This document shows, one piece after another, positions 1-9,461 of a DNA stretch of 64,000 nt. Origin of the DNA: Calditrichia bacterium (lineage in GTDB: Bacteria > Calditrichota > Calditrichia > RBG-13-44-9 > J075); the NCBI GenBank assembly GCA_965227145.1, contig OZ245730.1:2243661-2307660 (forward strand), written 5' to 3'. The notes below the pieces were generated by a model. It searched no databases. It had not been told where the DNA came from and worked only from the letters and a program-made list of their open reading frames with translations. Each line of letters begins with the position of its first letter. Position 1 is the first letter of the stretch. Both the position numbers and the translations under genes were made by a program.

Positions 1-160
1 GCCCGTTGTTTTCATATTTCGCTATTTTATCGGGATGTTGTTGCTTTTCGGAATGCGAGGAATTGGGATGCGCCCAGGCAAGGTGAAAGCCTATGGTCAA
101 AATTGCAATGATCGCCAGTTGCCTAAATTTTGATTCTCGTCCGGTCATTTTAGCATTCAT
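1..160 (-). CDS. Partial CDS (5' end only, runs off the window start). The N-terminus MNAKMTGRESKFRQLAIIAILTIGFHLAWA looks like a signal peptide or TM segment. Product unknown.
   Basis: Reverse-complement reading from an ATG (complement of 158-160) stays open to position 1. It is absent from the ORF track because under 60 codons lie inside the window. Confidence 0.25.
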   Translation of the reverse strand, partial: MNAKMTGRESKFRQLAIIAILTIGFHLAWAHPNSSHSEKQQHPDKIAKYENNG

Positions 161-740
161 ACCATTAATATAATGTAACAAACCCAAACCTATGTGTGAT
201 TTTCCACCACCATTTAAATGCAGTATTCATCGATCTGCAAGTATCATGAAATAATGAATCCCGAAATTTTGCATGTTAAAAAATTGCACACAATCAACCG
301 GTTTGGCATACCTAACGGGTTGCTGTGAGTTGCGGGCGAAATCTGAATTGCTGACAGCAAAAATTTAGTGAATTTTTAATCACCTAAATCATTGAAAAAC
401 ATGCTGTTTTTTACGATTTTGTGAGAATTGTCAAACCGTGTGCGCTGCGTCGAAATTAATGGCTACGAGAGTTGTGTAAAACTTTTACAAAAATTTGTAG
501 TAGTTATTGTTTTTGAAACAACTCAAACTGCTGTTAATAAATAACTTATGACGTTTGTAAATTGTTGGACTGATATTTGTATTTCATCCAATCGGGTCTA
601 ACCACTTTTATCTTTGAAAACTGCTGTATTAACAATGCCAATAATAATTTGTTAATCAAATCAAATATCAATTCAGTTTTTTGAATTATCATTAGTTAAA
701 ACAATGAATTGCGAAAATTCTTAAATGGAGGAATTGTTCG

Positions 741-953
741 ATGAAGCCCTTAAATAAGGTTCGTCAGGAGTATGAAGAAGTGTATGAGCGCATCGTAAAT
801 GTGATTTCCGAAATGGGTGGAGATTCCAATATAAAAGAGCATCGTCGTAAACAATCCAGATTGTATCGCAGGCTGAAAGAATTACAGCGTCGCGAGCATC
901 AATTGGATGCGCTGGAAACGCGGTTGTCGAGCAGCCAGCATATGTTCCATTAA
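741..953 (+). CDS. Small hypothetical coiled-coil protein (70 aa).
   Basis: A GGAGG ribosome-binding site sits 7 nt upstream of the ATG. The sequence is charged and helical. No family was recognised. Confidence 0.4.
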   Translation: MKPLNKVRQEYEEVYERIVNVISEMGGDSNIKEHRRKQSRLYRRLKELQRREHQLDALETRLSSSQHMFH

Positions 954-1039
954 TCGAAATGAATAAAATCTCATATCAACGCAGGTATTGCGGGACTATT
1001 TTATGAATAGCCCCGCAGTGCCATTTTGTTGAATTCTGA

Positions 1040-1963
1040 TCAGGCTTTGCCGGCCAATTTTACCATAATTGCTTTTTGCACATGCATACGATTTTCGGCT
1101 TCGTCGAAAACGATGGATTGTTTGCTTTCCAGCACTTCGTCGGTAATTTCTTCACCGCGATGCGCCGGCAGGCAGTGCATCACTAACGCATCTTTTTTGG
1201 CGTGCTGCATTAATTTGCTGTTTAGCTGATACGGCATGAAAATTTTCTTGCGTGCTTCGGCTTCTGCTTCCTGTCCCATACTTGCCCACACATCTGTATA
1301 TACCACATCTGCGTTAGTTACGGCTTCCACCGGATCATTGATTACCTCGATTTTGCTGATGCCTGCGGCATTGGCGTTTGCCAACGTTTTGGCATCCGGC
1401 TCGTAATTGCCGGGGCTGCAAATAACCATATGCAGCGGTACCCGTGATGCAAAATTGATCCACGAATTGGCAACATTGTTACCATCGCCGACATACACGA
1501 TTTTCATGCCGTCCAGTTTGCCGCGATGTTCCATAATGGTAAATGTATCTGCCATTATTTGGCAGGGGTGATTGTAATCGGTCAAACCGTTTACCACCGG
1601 GACGCTGGAATATTTGGCAAGTTCCTCGATATCCGAATGAGCGAACAGCCGCGCCATGATCATGTCGTTGTAACGCGAAATAACCCGTGCAACGTCTTTT
1701 ACAGCTTCGCGGGTGCCGATGCCGATATCCTGCGGCGCGAGGTAAATCGCGGTGCCGCCAAGCTGGAACATCCCCGTTTCGAACGACACGCGGGTGCGGG
1801 TACTCGGTTTGGCAAAAATCATCGCCAGCGAATAACCGTCCAATAATTTGTGCGGTTCGCGGCGTTTGGTTTTGGCTTTCAAATCTTTGGTGATCTCAAA
1901 AATGTTGTCAATTTCACTCCGGTTGAGCTCGGTGATGGAGAGAAAGTGGTTGTTCATGGACAC
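1040..1963 (-). CDS. argF: Ornithine carbamoyltransferase.
   Basis: It carries the STRTR carbamoyl-phosphate motif, DVWASMG (ornithine site) and HCLPAHRGEE. These are the classical OTC signatures rather than those of acetyl- or succinyl-ornithine transcarbamylases. Confidence 0.85.
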   Translation of the reverse strand: MSMNNHFLSITELNRSEIDNIFEITKDLKAKTKRREPHKLLDGYSLAMIFAKPSTRTRVSFETGMFQLGGTAIYLAPQDIGIGTREAVKDVARVISRYNDMIMARLFAHSDIEELAKYSSVPVVNGLTDYNHPCQIMADTFTIMEHRGKLDGMKIVYVGDGNNVANSWINFASRVPLHMVICSPGNYEPDAKTLANANAAGISKIEVINDPVEAVTNADVVYTDVWASMGQEAEAEARKKIFMPYQLNSKLMQHAKKDALVMHCLPAHRGEEITDEVLESKQSIVFDEAENRMHVQKAIMVKLAGKA

Positions 1964-2023
1964 TCCTTTGGGATAGAATTTATTTGAATTTTTTTTCAGC
2001 GTAGCCGGGATAGCTATTTCCCG

Positions 2024-3391
2024 CTACAAAATGTATTTTCGTAAGTCCTCATCTTCCACAATGTTATGCAATTTTTCTTTCACAAATTCACCGGTGATGC
2101 TGATCGATTTATTTTCCACCTGCGGCGCATCGAACAGTAAATCTTCCAGCAAAGTGGAGAGAATCGTGTGCAGCCGGCGCGCACCGATATTTTCTGCACG
2201 ACTGTTCACAAAACTGGCGGTTTTGGCGATTTCGAGAACTGCACTGTCGTCAAATTCGAGGGTGATGCCTTCGGTTTTCATCAACTCGCGGTATTGTTTG
2301 GTCAGCGCGTTTTCCGGTTCGGTCAGGATGCGCACAAAATCATTCTCCGAAAGGCTTTTCAGCGATACGCGAATGGGGAAACGACCCTGCAATTCGGGAA
2401 TCAGGTCCGACGGTTTGGACACATGAAACGCGCCGGAAGCGATGAACAGCACATGATCGGTTTTCACCATGCCGTATTTGGTGGCGACAGTAGTGCCTTC
2501 GACCACCGGCAGCAGATCGCGTTGCACGCCTTCGCGGGAAACATCGGGACCGGATTTGGCGCTGGAGCCGGCAATTTTGTCAATTTCATCGAGAAAAACG
2601 ATACCGGAATTTTGCACCCGGCGAATGGCCTCCTGCACAACTTCATCCATATCGATCAGTTTTTGTGCTTCCTGCTGTTCGAGAATGGTGATTGCCTCTG
2701 TGATGTTCACTTTGCGTTTTTTCGATTTTTTTGGCATCATATTTCCCAAAATTTCCTGAAAATTGATGCCCATTTCTTCCATCCCGCCGGGCGAGAAAAT
2801 CTGCATGGTTGGCTGGCTATCTGATGGCGTTTCTATTTCCACCGTTCGCTCGTCGAGGTCACCTTTCATCAATTTCTGGCGAAATTTTTCGCGGTTGCGC
2901 TGATATTTATTTTCCGGGCTGCCTTCTTCATCTGCCAGCGAAATGCCGGATTTGGGCAGCGGGGGAGGAGGGAGCAAAATATCCAGCACGCGTTCGATGG
3001 CCATTTCCCGTGCTTTTTCTTTCACCGATTCCTTTTTTTGTTCGCGAACCATGTTGACGGAAATATCCACCAAATCGCGCACAATGCTTTCCACATCGCG
3101 CCCGACGTAGCCGACTTCGGTAAATTTACTCGCTTCCACTTTGATGAATGGCGCGTTGGCCAATTTCGCCAATCGCCGGGAAATTTCCGTTTTGCCGCAA
3201 CCGGTCGGACCGATCAAAATAATGTTGTTCGGCATAATTTCATCGCGGAGCGCGCTATCCACTTGCTGCCGCCGCCAGCGATTTCGCAGCGCAATCGCAA
3301 CGGAGCGTTTCGCCTCGTTTTGCCCGATGATGTATTTGTCTAATTCTTCAACAATTTGCCGGGGGGTGTATTCCCGAATATGTTCACTCAT
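2024..3391 (-). CDS. hslU: ATP-dependent protease ATPase subunit HslU.
   Basis: N-terminus [41 protein letters not shown], a Walker [11 protein letters not shown] and an AAA+ fold. The start is chosen at the internal ATG preceded by AGGAG; the longer ORF to 3439 lacks a ribosome-binding site. Confidence 0.9.
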   Translation of the reverse strand: MSEHIREYTPRQIVEELDKYIIGQNEAKRSVAIALRNRWRRQQVDSALRDEIMPNNIILIGPTGCGKTEISRRLAKLANAPFIKVEASKFTEVGYVGRDVESIVRDLVDISVNMVREQKKESVKEKAREMAIERVLDILLPPPPLPKSGISLADEEGSPENKYQRNREKFRQKLMKGDLDERTVEIETPSDSQPTMQIFSPGGMEEMGINFQEILGNMMPKKSKKRKVNITEAITILEQQEAQKLIDMDEVVQEAIRRVQNSGIVFLDEIDKIAGSSAKSGPDVSREGVQRDLLPVVEGTTVATKYGMVKTDHVLFIASGAFHVSKPSDLIPELQGRFPIRVSLKSLSENDFVRILTEPENALTKQYRELMKTEGITLEFDDSAVLEIAKTASFVNSRAENIGARRLHTILSTLLEDLLFDAPQVENKSISITGEFVKEKLHNIVEDEDLRKYIL

Positions 3392-3571
3392 TGTCACTCC
3401 TTTTTTTCGCGCACACAGACGTCGTGTCTTTTTTGCCACAGAGGGCTTAGAGAAAAATTTAGAAATGTTTAAACCCGTTTGATTTCGAATGCCGGAAAAC
3501 GTTAATCTGAGAAAATTTAAAAAAAACCTCAGTGGAACTCTGTATCTCTGTGGCTGCTTTTAACTTATTGA

Positions 3572-4111
3572 TTACAATGATTTTACGGTAATGTGATGAT
3601 TGGTATAAATGCAAATATCCGCCGCGATGTTCAGACCTTTTTCCACGATTTCCTGCGCCGATAAATCCGAATTGAACTTCAGCGCGCGCGCTGCGGCCAT
3701 CGCAAACGGACCACCGGAGCCGATGGCTAAAATCTGGTCGTCGGGTTCCAGCACATCGCCGTTGCCGGAAATGATCAGCGCGTTTTCGTTGTTTGCCACT
3801 GCCAGCATCGCTTCCAGTTTTCGCAAATAGCGATCGGTGCGCCAGTCTTTTGCCAAATCAACCGCCGCTTTGGTCAAATTACCGTTGAAATTTTCCAGTT
3901 TTTCTTCAAATCGCTCAAACAATGTGAATGCATCTGCCGCAGCTCCGGCAAATCCGGCCAACACCTGATCGCGATACAGCGTACGAACCTTGTTGCCCTG
4001 ATGTTTCATTACCGTGTTGCCGAAAGTCACCTGTCCGTCACCGCCGAGCGCCACTTTGCCGTCTTTTATTACGCCCAAAATGGTTGTGGCGTGAAATGTA
4101 TATCCCTGCAT
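3572..4111 (-). CDS. hslV: ATP-dependent protease subunit HslV (CodW-like, with a short N-terminal propeptide).
   Basis: [21 protein letters not shown] and [17 protein letters not shown] are typical HslV. The catalytic Thr-Thr (HATTILGV) is preceded by 7 residues, as in Bacillus CodW. Confidence 0.9.
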   Translation of the reverse strand: MQGYTFHATTILGVIKDGKVALGGDGQVTFGNTVMKHQGNKVRTLYRDQVLAGFAGAAADAFTLFERFEEKLENFNGNLTKAAVDLAKDWRTDRYLRKLEAMLAVANNENALIISGNGDVLEPDDQILAIGSGGPFAMAAARALKFNSDLSAQEIVEKGLNIAADICIYTNHHITVKSL

Positions 4112-4236
4112 TCGTTAAGCTCCTTTTTGGGCAAAATCTAATCAGATAAACGGGAAATCACAAATGAAAGTGTAAAAGTCGGAGGGAGGAAGGGAAGGAT
4201 AACAGATAACGGATAAAAGAAGTCAATGCGCCTCAG

Positions 4237-4253
4237 AGAGGCGCAAACTTTGT
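4237..4253 (-). terminator. Hairpin GCGCCTC-aga-GAGGCGC downstream of rpoN, with a T-rich run on the minus strand. It is a possible rho-independent terminator or attenuator between rpoN and hslV.
   Basis: A perfect 7-bp stem and 3-nt loop are visible in the sequence. The U-tract is moderate only. Confidence 0.35.
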
Positions 4254-4269
4254 GACCATTGTTAAAAAA

Positions 4270-5754
4270 TCAAATTTGGCGGCGTAGGCGAGCGACCGGA
4301 ATATCCAGTTGTTCGCGGTATTTCGCGACCGTCCGGCGGGCGATGGGAATGCCTTCTTCGTTGAGCATTGCGGCCAGTTTGTCGTCGCTGAGTGGCTTTT
4401 TAGGATTTTCACCGTTGATAATCGTTTTCAGCCGTTCCTTAATTTTCAGCGTGCTGACGTCTTCGCCGTCTTCGTTTTCCATGCCTTCGTTGAAGAAATA
4501 TTTCAGTTCAAAAACGCCGTAGTCCGTTTCCACATATTTGCCTTTGCACACCCGGCTGACAGTGGAAATGTCCATCTCAATTTCTTCGGCTATGTCCTTC
4601 ATAATCATAGGTTTAATGAAATCCGGACCTTTGGCGAAAAAATCATATTGCTTTTTGACGATAGCTTCCATCGTTCGCTGCATCGTCATTTGACGCTGTT
4701 TGATGGCTTTGATAAACCATTTAGCATTATCGATTTTTTCTTTCAGAAATTTGCGCACATCGCGATCAAGTTTTTTCGGATGCCGGATCATTTTTTTGTA
4801 TTGATTGCTGATACGCAATCCGGGAATTTTGTATTCGTTCAGCGAAATGACCAGCTCGTCATCAACCATTTCCACAAAAAAATCGGGAACAATGTAATTC
4901 TGTTTCGCATCCAGATAGCCTTCACCCGGTTTCGGGTTCAATTTACTGATTTCCTCGAGCGCAAATTTGACTTCGTCCAGCGCAATGCCCAGCATATCGG
5001 CAACTTTTTCAAACCGACGATTGATAAAATCATCATACGCTTCCCGCAAAACGCGCAGCGGGATGTCGTATTTGCCATCTCTGTTGCGCATTTCCATCTG
5101 CACAATCAGACATTCCTGCAAATTCCGCGATGCGATGCCGATCGGGTCAAACCGGTGGATAAATTTGAGCACACGTTCAACTTTGGCTGGTGTGGATTCA
5201 AAAATTTGCGCGACAACATCGAGCGTCACTTCTTCATCCAGATAGCCATCATCGCGAATGTTGTAAATCAAATATTCACCGATCCGGAATTCCTGTTCGG
5301 ATAGCTTGAGCATCTGCAACTGATCCAGCAAATGTTCAGACATCGATTGAAGATAGGGTTCCGGCATGTCGCGGTCTTCTTCATCGCGATCAACCGGCAT
5401 TTTCGGGTCGGGAATATCTTCGTCGTCGTTGGGCAGCAAATCTTCGAGATTGAAATCATCCTTTACTTCATCGTTGAGCTTGTCTTCTTCGCTTTTGTTA
5501 TTTTCTTCAATCTCGTCGAATTCTTCCTTTATTTTATCAATTTCTTCCTGATTTTCATCGACCTCGTCATCCTCGTTCTCCTGAACATCTTCCCATTCTT
5601 CGGCTTCTTCCAAAACGGGATTGATTTCGAGTTCATTTTTTATACGTTGCTCCAGCATCAGCATGGGCAACTGTAATAACGTTGAAACCAGAATTTGCTG
5701 TGGTTTTAACGTTTGTTGCAAGCTTTGAAATTGTCCTAAACCGAGCCTCGCCAT
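4270..5754 (-). CDS. rpoN: RNA polymerase sigma-54 factor.
   Basis: The C-terminal RpoN box ARRTVAKYREQL is present, with a Gln/Leu-rich N-terminal region I and an acidic region II. The start is taken at MARLGLGQ (AAGGAG 9 nt upstream) rather than the ORF-track start at 5787. Confidence 0.9.
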   Translation of the reverse strand: MARLGLGQFQSLQQTLKPQQILVSTLLQLPMLMLEQRIKNELEINPVLEEAEEWEDVQENEDDEVDENQEEIDKIKEEFDEIEENNKSEEDKLNDEVKDDFNLEDLLPNDDEDIPDPKMPVDRDEEDRDMPEPYLQSMSEHLLDQLQMLKLSEQEFRIGEYLIYNIRDDGYLDEEVTLDVVAQIFESTPAKVERVLKFIHRFDPIGIASRNLQECLIVQMEMRNRDGKYDIPLRVLREAYDDFINRRFEKVADMLGIALDEVKFALEEISKLNPKPGEGYLDAKQNYIVPDFFVEMVDDELVISLNEYKIPGLRISNQYKKMIRHPKKLDRDVRKFLKEKIDNAKWFIKAIKQRQMTMQRTMEAIVKKQYDFFAKGPDFIKPMIMKDIAEEIEMDISTVSRVCKGKYVETDYGVFELKYFFNEGMENEDGEDVSTLKIKERLKTIINGENPKKPLSDDKLAAMLNEEGIPIARRTVAKYREQLDIPVARLRRQI

Positions 5755-6125
5755 GCGTAGGTTACTCCTTTTCCGTAGTTTTGGCATAGTTTATGTATAT
5801 TAAAATACATAACCCCGTCGAACGTGTCAAGCGGAAATTGTAATTAATTGAAAAAAAATAACTTAGGTGGTATTTTTGGACGGAATAATACTCGGATTGA
5901 TCAAAAGATAATTAATAAAAACCTAAAATGGAAGAAAGAATTTCAAAAAAATGATTTATTTTCTTTTGCCTCAAAATCAATAAAAAACACTCATTTGGCT
6001 ATAAAAATGGGTGAACGGAAAATCGGAATAAATTTGAACAATTTGCGGTTCGACCGGTCAAGTTAGCCTTTTGAAAGCCGATTACAGTTCACAACAAACG
6101 TTTAAAACAGGGAAGTTTGAACGCA

Positions 6126-7352
6126 ATGCAAGAAAAAAATGCCTCGCAAGTGCTTAATAATTTGTTGTTTTGGTATATGTCCGCCATAACTTTGCTGCTA
6201 ACGTTAATCCCGTTTCGATTTGTCATTCCCGGTAAAAATATAAAAATGGCGCTTTGGAGCAATTTGCCGGATGCGTTGATGAATATTGCATTATTCATCC
6301 CGTTGGGATTTTTGTTTCAATTAACCCGTCGCGAAAAACGAAATGATTGGGCAATTGGTGCGCTCATTTTTGGGTTACTGTTTAGCAGCGGCATCGAAAT
6401 TACCCAATTGTTTATCGAAAAACGCTGTACAACATTTCTGGATGTGCTGACCAACGGCGCAGGCGCGTGGCTGGGAGCGTTGGGATACGCGATTGTTCGT
6501 CGCTTTTTTGCCGGACGGCAAGCTGCGAATTACCGTATTTTGGCGATCGACCTGCCGCTGATGAACATCATTTATCTGATGATTCCGTTGATGTGGATTA
6601 ACAGCATGGCGATCGGACGACAGCAGCAACGGCTCTGGCTGATTTTTCCGCTCGGCATCGGCGGGGCGATCATTTTAGGAGAAATTTATCGCCGGGAAAT
6701 CCGCAAACGCGAACCGCTGTTGATGCTGGCGTTTGCTTTTGCCGCGATGCTGTGGTTTGCCATCGGCAGCATGTTTTCGGTTGCGGAGCGAACCCGGGAA
6801 GTTTTGCTGATGACCACATTTGTCGGTTGTATTACGTTGGTTACGGCGATGCGCCAGCCGTTGCGGCAATCGGCAAATTTCCGATACGAGATCGCAACGC
6901 TGCGGCTGATTCTCCTCTTTTTTGTGCCCTATCTACTGCTGGTTTTTTTCTCGCCGCTGGCGATGCCGGAGGCAAAATGGGATTTTGTTTTTGGCATTTC
7001 CGGCATTCCCAACAAACCGCCGAATGTTTCGATTTTCCGGTTGCTGGAATATCTGGCGGGATTTTCTTTGCTGGGATACATGCTATCGCAAATTGTGGCG
7101 CGAAACGAAACGTCGCTATTTTGGAAAAAATTCACGCTGGCGGTGCTGATTTTCTGGATTCCCGGAATTCTGGAAATCATGCGCGGATTTCATCCGCAAT
7201 ACGAAACCAGCGCTCTCGGCTATGCTTTTGCGATCGCCGCAGGCTTTGCCGGATCGCTGATTTACCGGCTGCAACTGGGTTCCATCCGCAGAATTTTGAT
7301 TCATCGCTCCAAAAATAAATATGAAAAACCAACGCAAGTTCAGCCCTATTGA
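6126..7352 (+). CDS. Polytopic membrane protein with an N-terminal VanZ-like domain.
   Basis: The first ~130 aa (LIPFRF...NIALFIPLGFLF...SGIEITQLF...DVLTNGAGAWLG) resemble VanZ, followed by ~8 further predicted TM helices. The start is taken at the ATG after AGGGAAG; the track start at 6117 is a TTG. Confidence 0.5.
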   Translation: MQEKNASQVLNNLLFWYMSAITLLLTLIPFRFVIPGKNIKMALWSNLPDALMNIALFIPLGFLFQLTRREKRNDWAIGALIFGLLFSSGIEITQLFIEKRCTTFLDVLTNGAGAWLGALGYAIVRRFFAGRQAANYRILAIDLPLMNIIYLMIPLMWINSMAIGRQQQRLWLIFPLGIGGAIILGEIYRREIRKREPLLMLAFAFAAMLWFAIGSMFSVAERTREVLLMTTFVGCITLVTAMRQPLRQSANFRYEIATLRLILLFFVPYLLLVFFSPLAMPEAKWDFVFGISGIPNKPPNVSIFRLLEYLAGFSLLGYMLSQIVARNETSLFWKKFTLAVLIFWIPGILEIMRGFHPQYETSALGYAFAIAAGFAGSLIYRLQLGSIRRILIHRSKNKYEKPTQVQPY

Positions 7353-7591
7353 TTATTTGACGGATTATTCATTTCAATTCAACAATCACAACATATTATT
7401 TCAAAAAACATTTCATGTTAAGTAATAATGTGGATTGCCGAATTTTTGGCAGCAGTCAATTCTAAATTTCGCGAACGTTTTTCAAATTTATATTTCTTTC
7501 ACAAATCTTTTTAAATGATTGAACTATTTGTGCCTTGTGGTTAATTTTGAATCACAAAATCATCATCGAACTTTTAAAAGGAGCGTTGGTT

Positions 7592-8515
7592 ATGAAAATT
7601 ACGGTAGTTGGCGCTGGAAATGTGGGGGCAACCACAGCTCAGCGAATTGCAGATCAGGAATTAGCAAATGAATGCGTATTGGTAGATATTGTGGAAGGAA
7701 TTCCGCAGGGAAAAGCGTTGGACATGTGGGAATCGATGCCATGCCTGGGCAGTGATTGCCGGATTATCGGGGCAAATGGTTACGAAGAAACCAAAGATTC
7801 CGACATTGTTGTAATCACCGCCGGACTCGCCCGCAAGCCGGGAATGAGCCGCGATGATTTGCTCACCAAAAACGTGCAAATCGTAAAAAGCGTAACTGAA
7901 CAAGTTGCCAAATTCTCTCCGAATTCAATTATTATTGTTGTATCAAATCCGTTGGATGCGATGGTTTATACCGCTTACAAAGTTTCCGGTTTTCCGCATC
8001 ATCGCGTATTCGGGATGGCTGGCGTGCTGGATACAGCGCGTTATCGCTCTTTCGTTGCGCTGGAACTGGATGTTTCGGTGAAAGATATTCAGGCATTGGT
8101 GCTCGGCGGACACGGCGATACGATGGTTCCGCTGCCGCGTTACACAATGGTTGGCGGCATTCCGCTGCCGGAATTGATTTCGCAAGAGCGTATCGATGCA
8201 ATTGTTGACCGCACCCGCAAAGGCGGCGGCGAAATCGTCGGGCTGCTGAAAACCGGCAGCGCATATTACGCAACCTCCGCAGCTGTGTTGGAGATGGTTG
8301 AATCAATCGTAAAAGATAAAAAACGAATTTTGCCCTGTGCCGCATATTTGCAAGGCGAATATGGCTACAAAGATATGTATATGGGCGTGCCGATCAAAAT
8401 TGGCAAAAACGGCGTCGAAAAAGTGTTCGAACTTGCACTGAACGATACCGAAAAAGCCATGCTGGAAAATTCCGCAGAAGCCGTTCGCGGATTGATGGCA
8501 GATATTAAGTTGTAA
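7592..8515 (+). CDS. mdh: Malate dehydrogenase (LDH-like MDH family).
   Basis: [16 protein letters not shown]ossmann motif, with the rest of the sequence consistent with an LDH-like MDH. AAAAGGAG ribosome-binding site; start at an internal ATG of the listed ORF. Confidence 0.9.
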   Translation: MKITVVGAGNVGATTAQRIADQELANECVLVDIVEGIPQGKALDMWESMPCLGSDCRIIGANGYEETKDSDIVVITAGLARKPGMSRDDLLTKNVQIVKSVTEQVAKFSPNSIIIVVSNPLDAMVYTAYKVSGFPHHRVFGMAGVLDTARYRSFVALELDVSVKDIQALVLGGHGDTMVPLPRYTMVGGIPLPELISQERIDAIVDRTRKGGGEIVGLLKTGSAYYATSAAVLEMVESIVKDKKRILPCAAYLQGEYGYKDMYMGVPIKIGKNGVEKVFELALNDTEKAMLENSAEAVRGLMADIKL

Positions 8516-8541
8516 TATTTTCAACCATTTAGTGTTCGTTG

Positions 8542-8570
8542 AAGCGCTCCAGTTTGGAGCGCTTTTTTTG
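8542..8570 (+). terminator. Rho-independent terminator after mdh.
   Basis: AAGCGCTCCA-gttt-TGGAGCGCTT stem-loop followed by TTTTTTT. Confidence 0.8.
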
Positions 8571-8661
8571 TACCGAACCGAATCCTGTGGTGTTTTTTGA
8601 TGAACAAAATATTAAATTGAACCATAAATAAATCAAAATGGTTCAAAAGCGAGGTGCCTTC

Positions 8662-8919
8662 ATGAAATCAATTACCATTCACAACCTGGACGATACGCTT
8701 GAGGCATTGATCCGCGCAAAAGCAAAGAAAAACGGGTTAAGCCTGAACAAGACAATTCAACTCTTACTGCGCCAATCGCTCGGTTTAAGTGCGCAGGCTT
8801 CGAACGATTACAAAAGTGATTTTCAGGAGTTGTGCGGTGTTTGGTCCGGGGCGGATGAAGCGGCATTTAATGCACAAGTTCAGGATTTAAACGAAGTAAA
8901 TCCGGATGATTGGCGATGA
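8662..8919 (+). CDS. vapB: Ribbon-helix-helix antitoxin (VapB/FitA-like).
   Basis: ITIHNLDDTLEALIRAKAKKNGLSLNKTIQLLLRQSL has a beta-strand plus two helices typical of an RHH fold. Its stop overlaps the downstream PIN gene start (ATGA). Confidence 0.6.
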   Translation: MKSITIHNLDDTLEALIRAKAKKNGLSLNKTIQLLLRQSLGLSAQASNDYKSDFQELCGVWSGADEAAFNAQVQDLNEVNPDDWR

Positions 8920-9311
8920 GAAAAATTCTGTTAGATACCAATGCCTACAGCAGTTTTTTGGGTGGCAATCAGGACGTTTTGGATGCGTTGGCGAAAGCGG
9001 ACATTGTATATTTGTCAGTTTTTGTATTGGGTGAATTATTTGCCGGCTTTAAAGGTAGTGAAAAGGAAGCTTGGAATAAATCTCTGTTACAGAAATTTAT
9101 AGAAAAGCCGACGGTTAGCTTGCTCAACACCACCACAGAAACCGCAGAAATTTTTGGAACGATCAAAAACGCACTTAAAAAAGAGGGCAATCCGATTCCT
9201 ATTAACGATGTTTGGATTGCCGCACATTGTCTCGAGACAGGTTCTGTTTTAGTGACATTCGACACTCATTTTGTGAAAATTTCTGGGTTGCGAATTTGGA
9301 AAAACCTTTAA
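8916..9311 (+). CDS. vapC: PIN-domain toxin VapC.
   Basis: LLDTNAY (first acidic residue) and NDVWIAAH are PIN catalytic motifs. Size ~130 aa. There is a 4-nt overlap with the upstream antitoxin gene. Confidence 0.75.
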   Translation: MRKILLDTNAYSSFLGGNQDVLDALAKADIVYLSVFVLGELFAGFKGSEKEAWNKSLLQKFIEKPTVSLLNTTTETAEIFGTIKNALKKEGNPIPINDVWIAAHCLETGSVLVTFDTHFVKISGLRIWKNL

Positions 9312-9461
9312 TTTCAGCCCGGAATCAATTGGTTACAAACCCGCCCAACAGTGTTTTTTTCTTATTGCCAAATCAGCCCCAAATCGCTATTTTTCCCACA
9401 GAATAACAAAAGTAGTTGAAAAATATTCGTACCCGAAACCCCATTTTCTCACGGAGGACCA

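Noticed and set aside
298-325. TGGCAT-N15-TTGCT as a candidate sigma-54 promoter (rpoN is present in the window).
   Set aside because: The GG-to-GC spacing is 15 rather than the required 10 nt. No other intergenic region showed a convincing TGGCAC-N5-TTGC element.
2008-2034. Imperfect inverted repeat GTAGCCGGGA...TCCCGCTAC at the hslU 3' end, as a possible terminator.
   Set aside because: Its orientation is inconsistent with terminating either strand's transcript: the T-tract is on the wrong side for the minus strand. It overlaps the hslU stop, and argF follows with only a 60-nt gap, so the genes are probably co-transcribed.
4309-5304. A 331-aa ORF on the plus strand inside rpoN.
   Set aside because: It is antisense to a well-supported rpoN gene. 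The sequence is low-complexity and Phe/Asn-rich, as expected from the reverse frame of an acidic or helical protein.
5848-6066. A 72-aa plus-strand ORF in the rpoN/VanZ-like intergenic region.
   Set aside because: Extremely AT-rich and low-complexity (Lys/Asn/Ile). No ribosome-binding site. It lies in a divergent promoter region.
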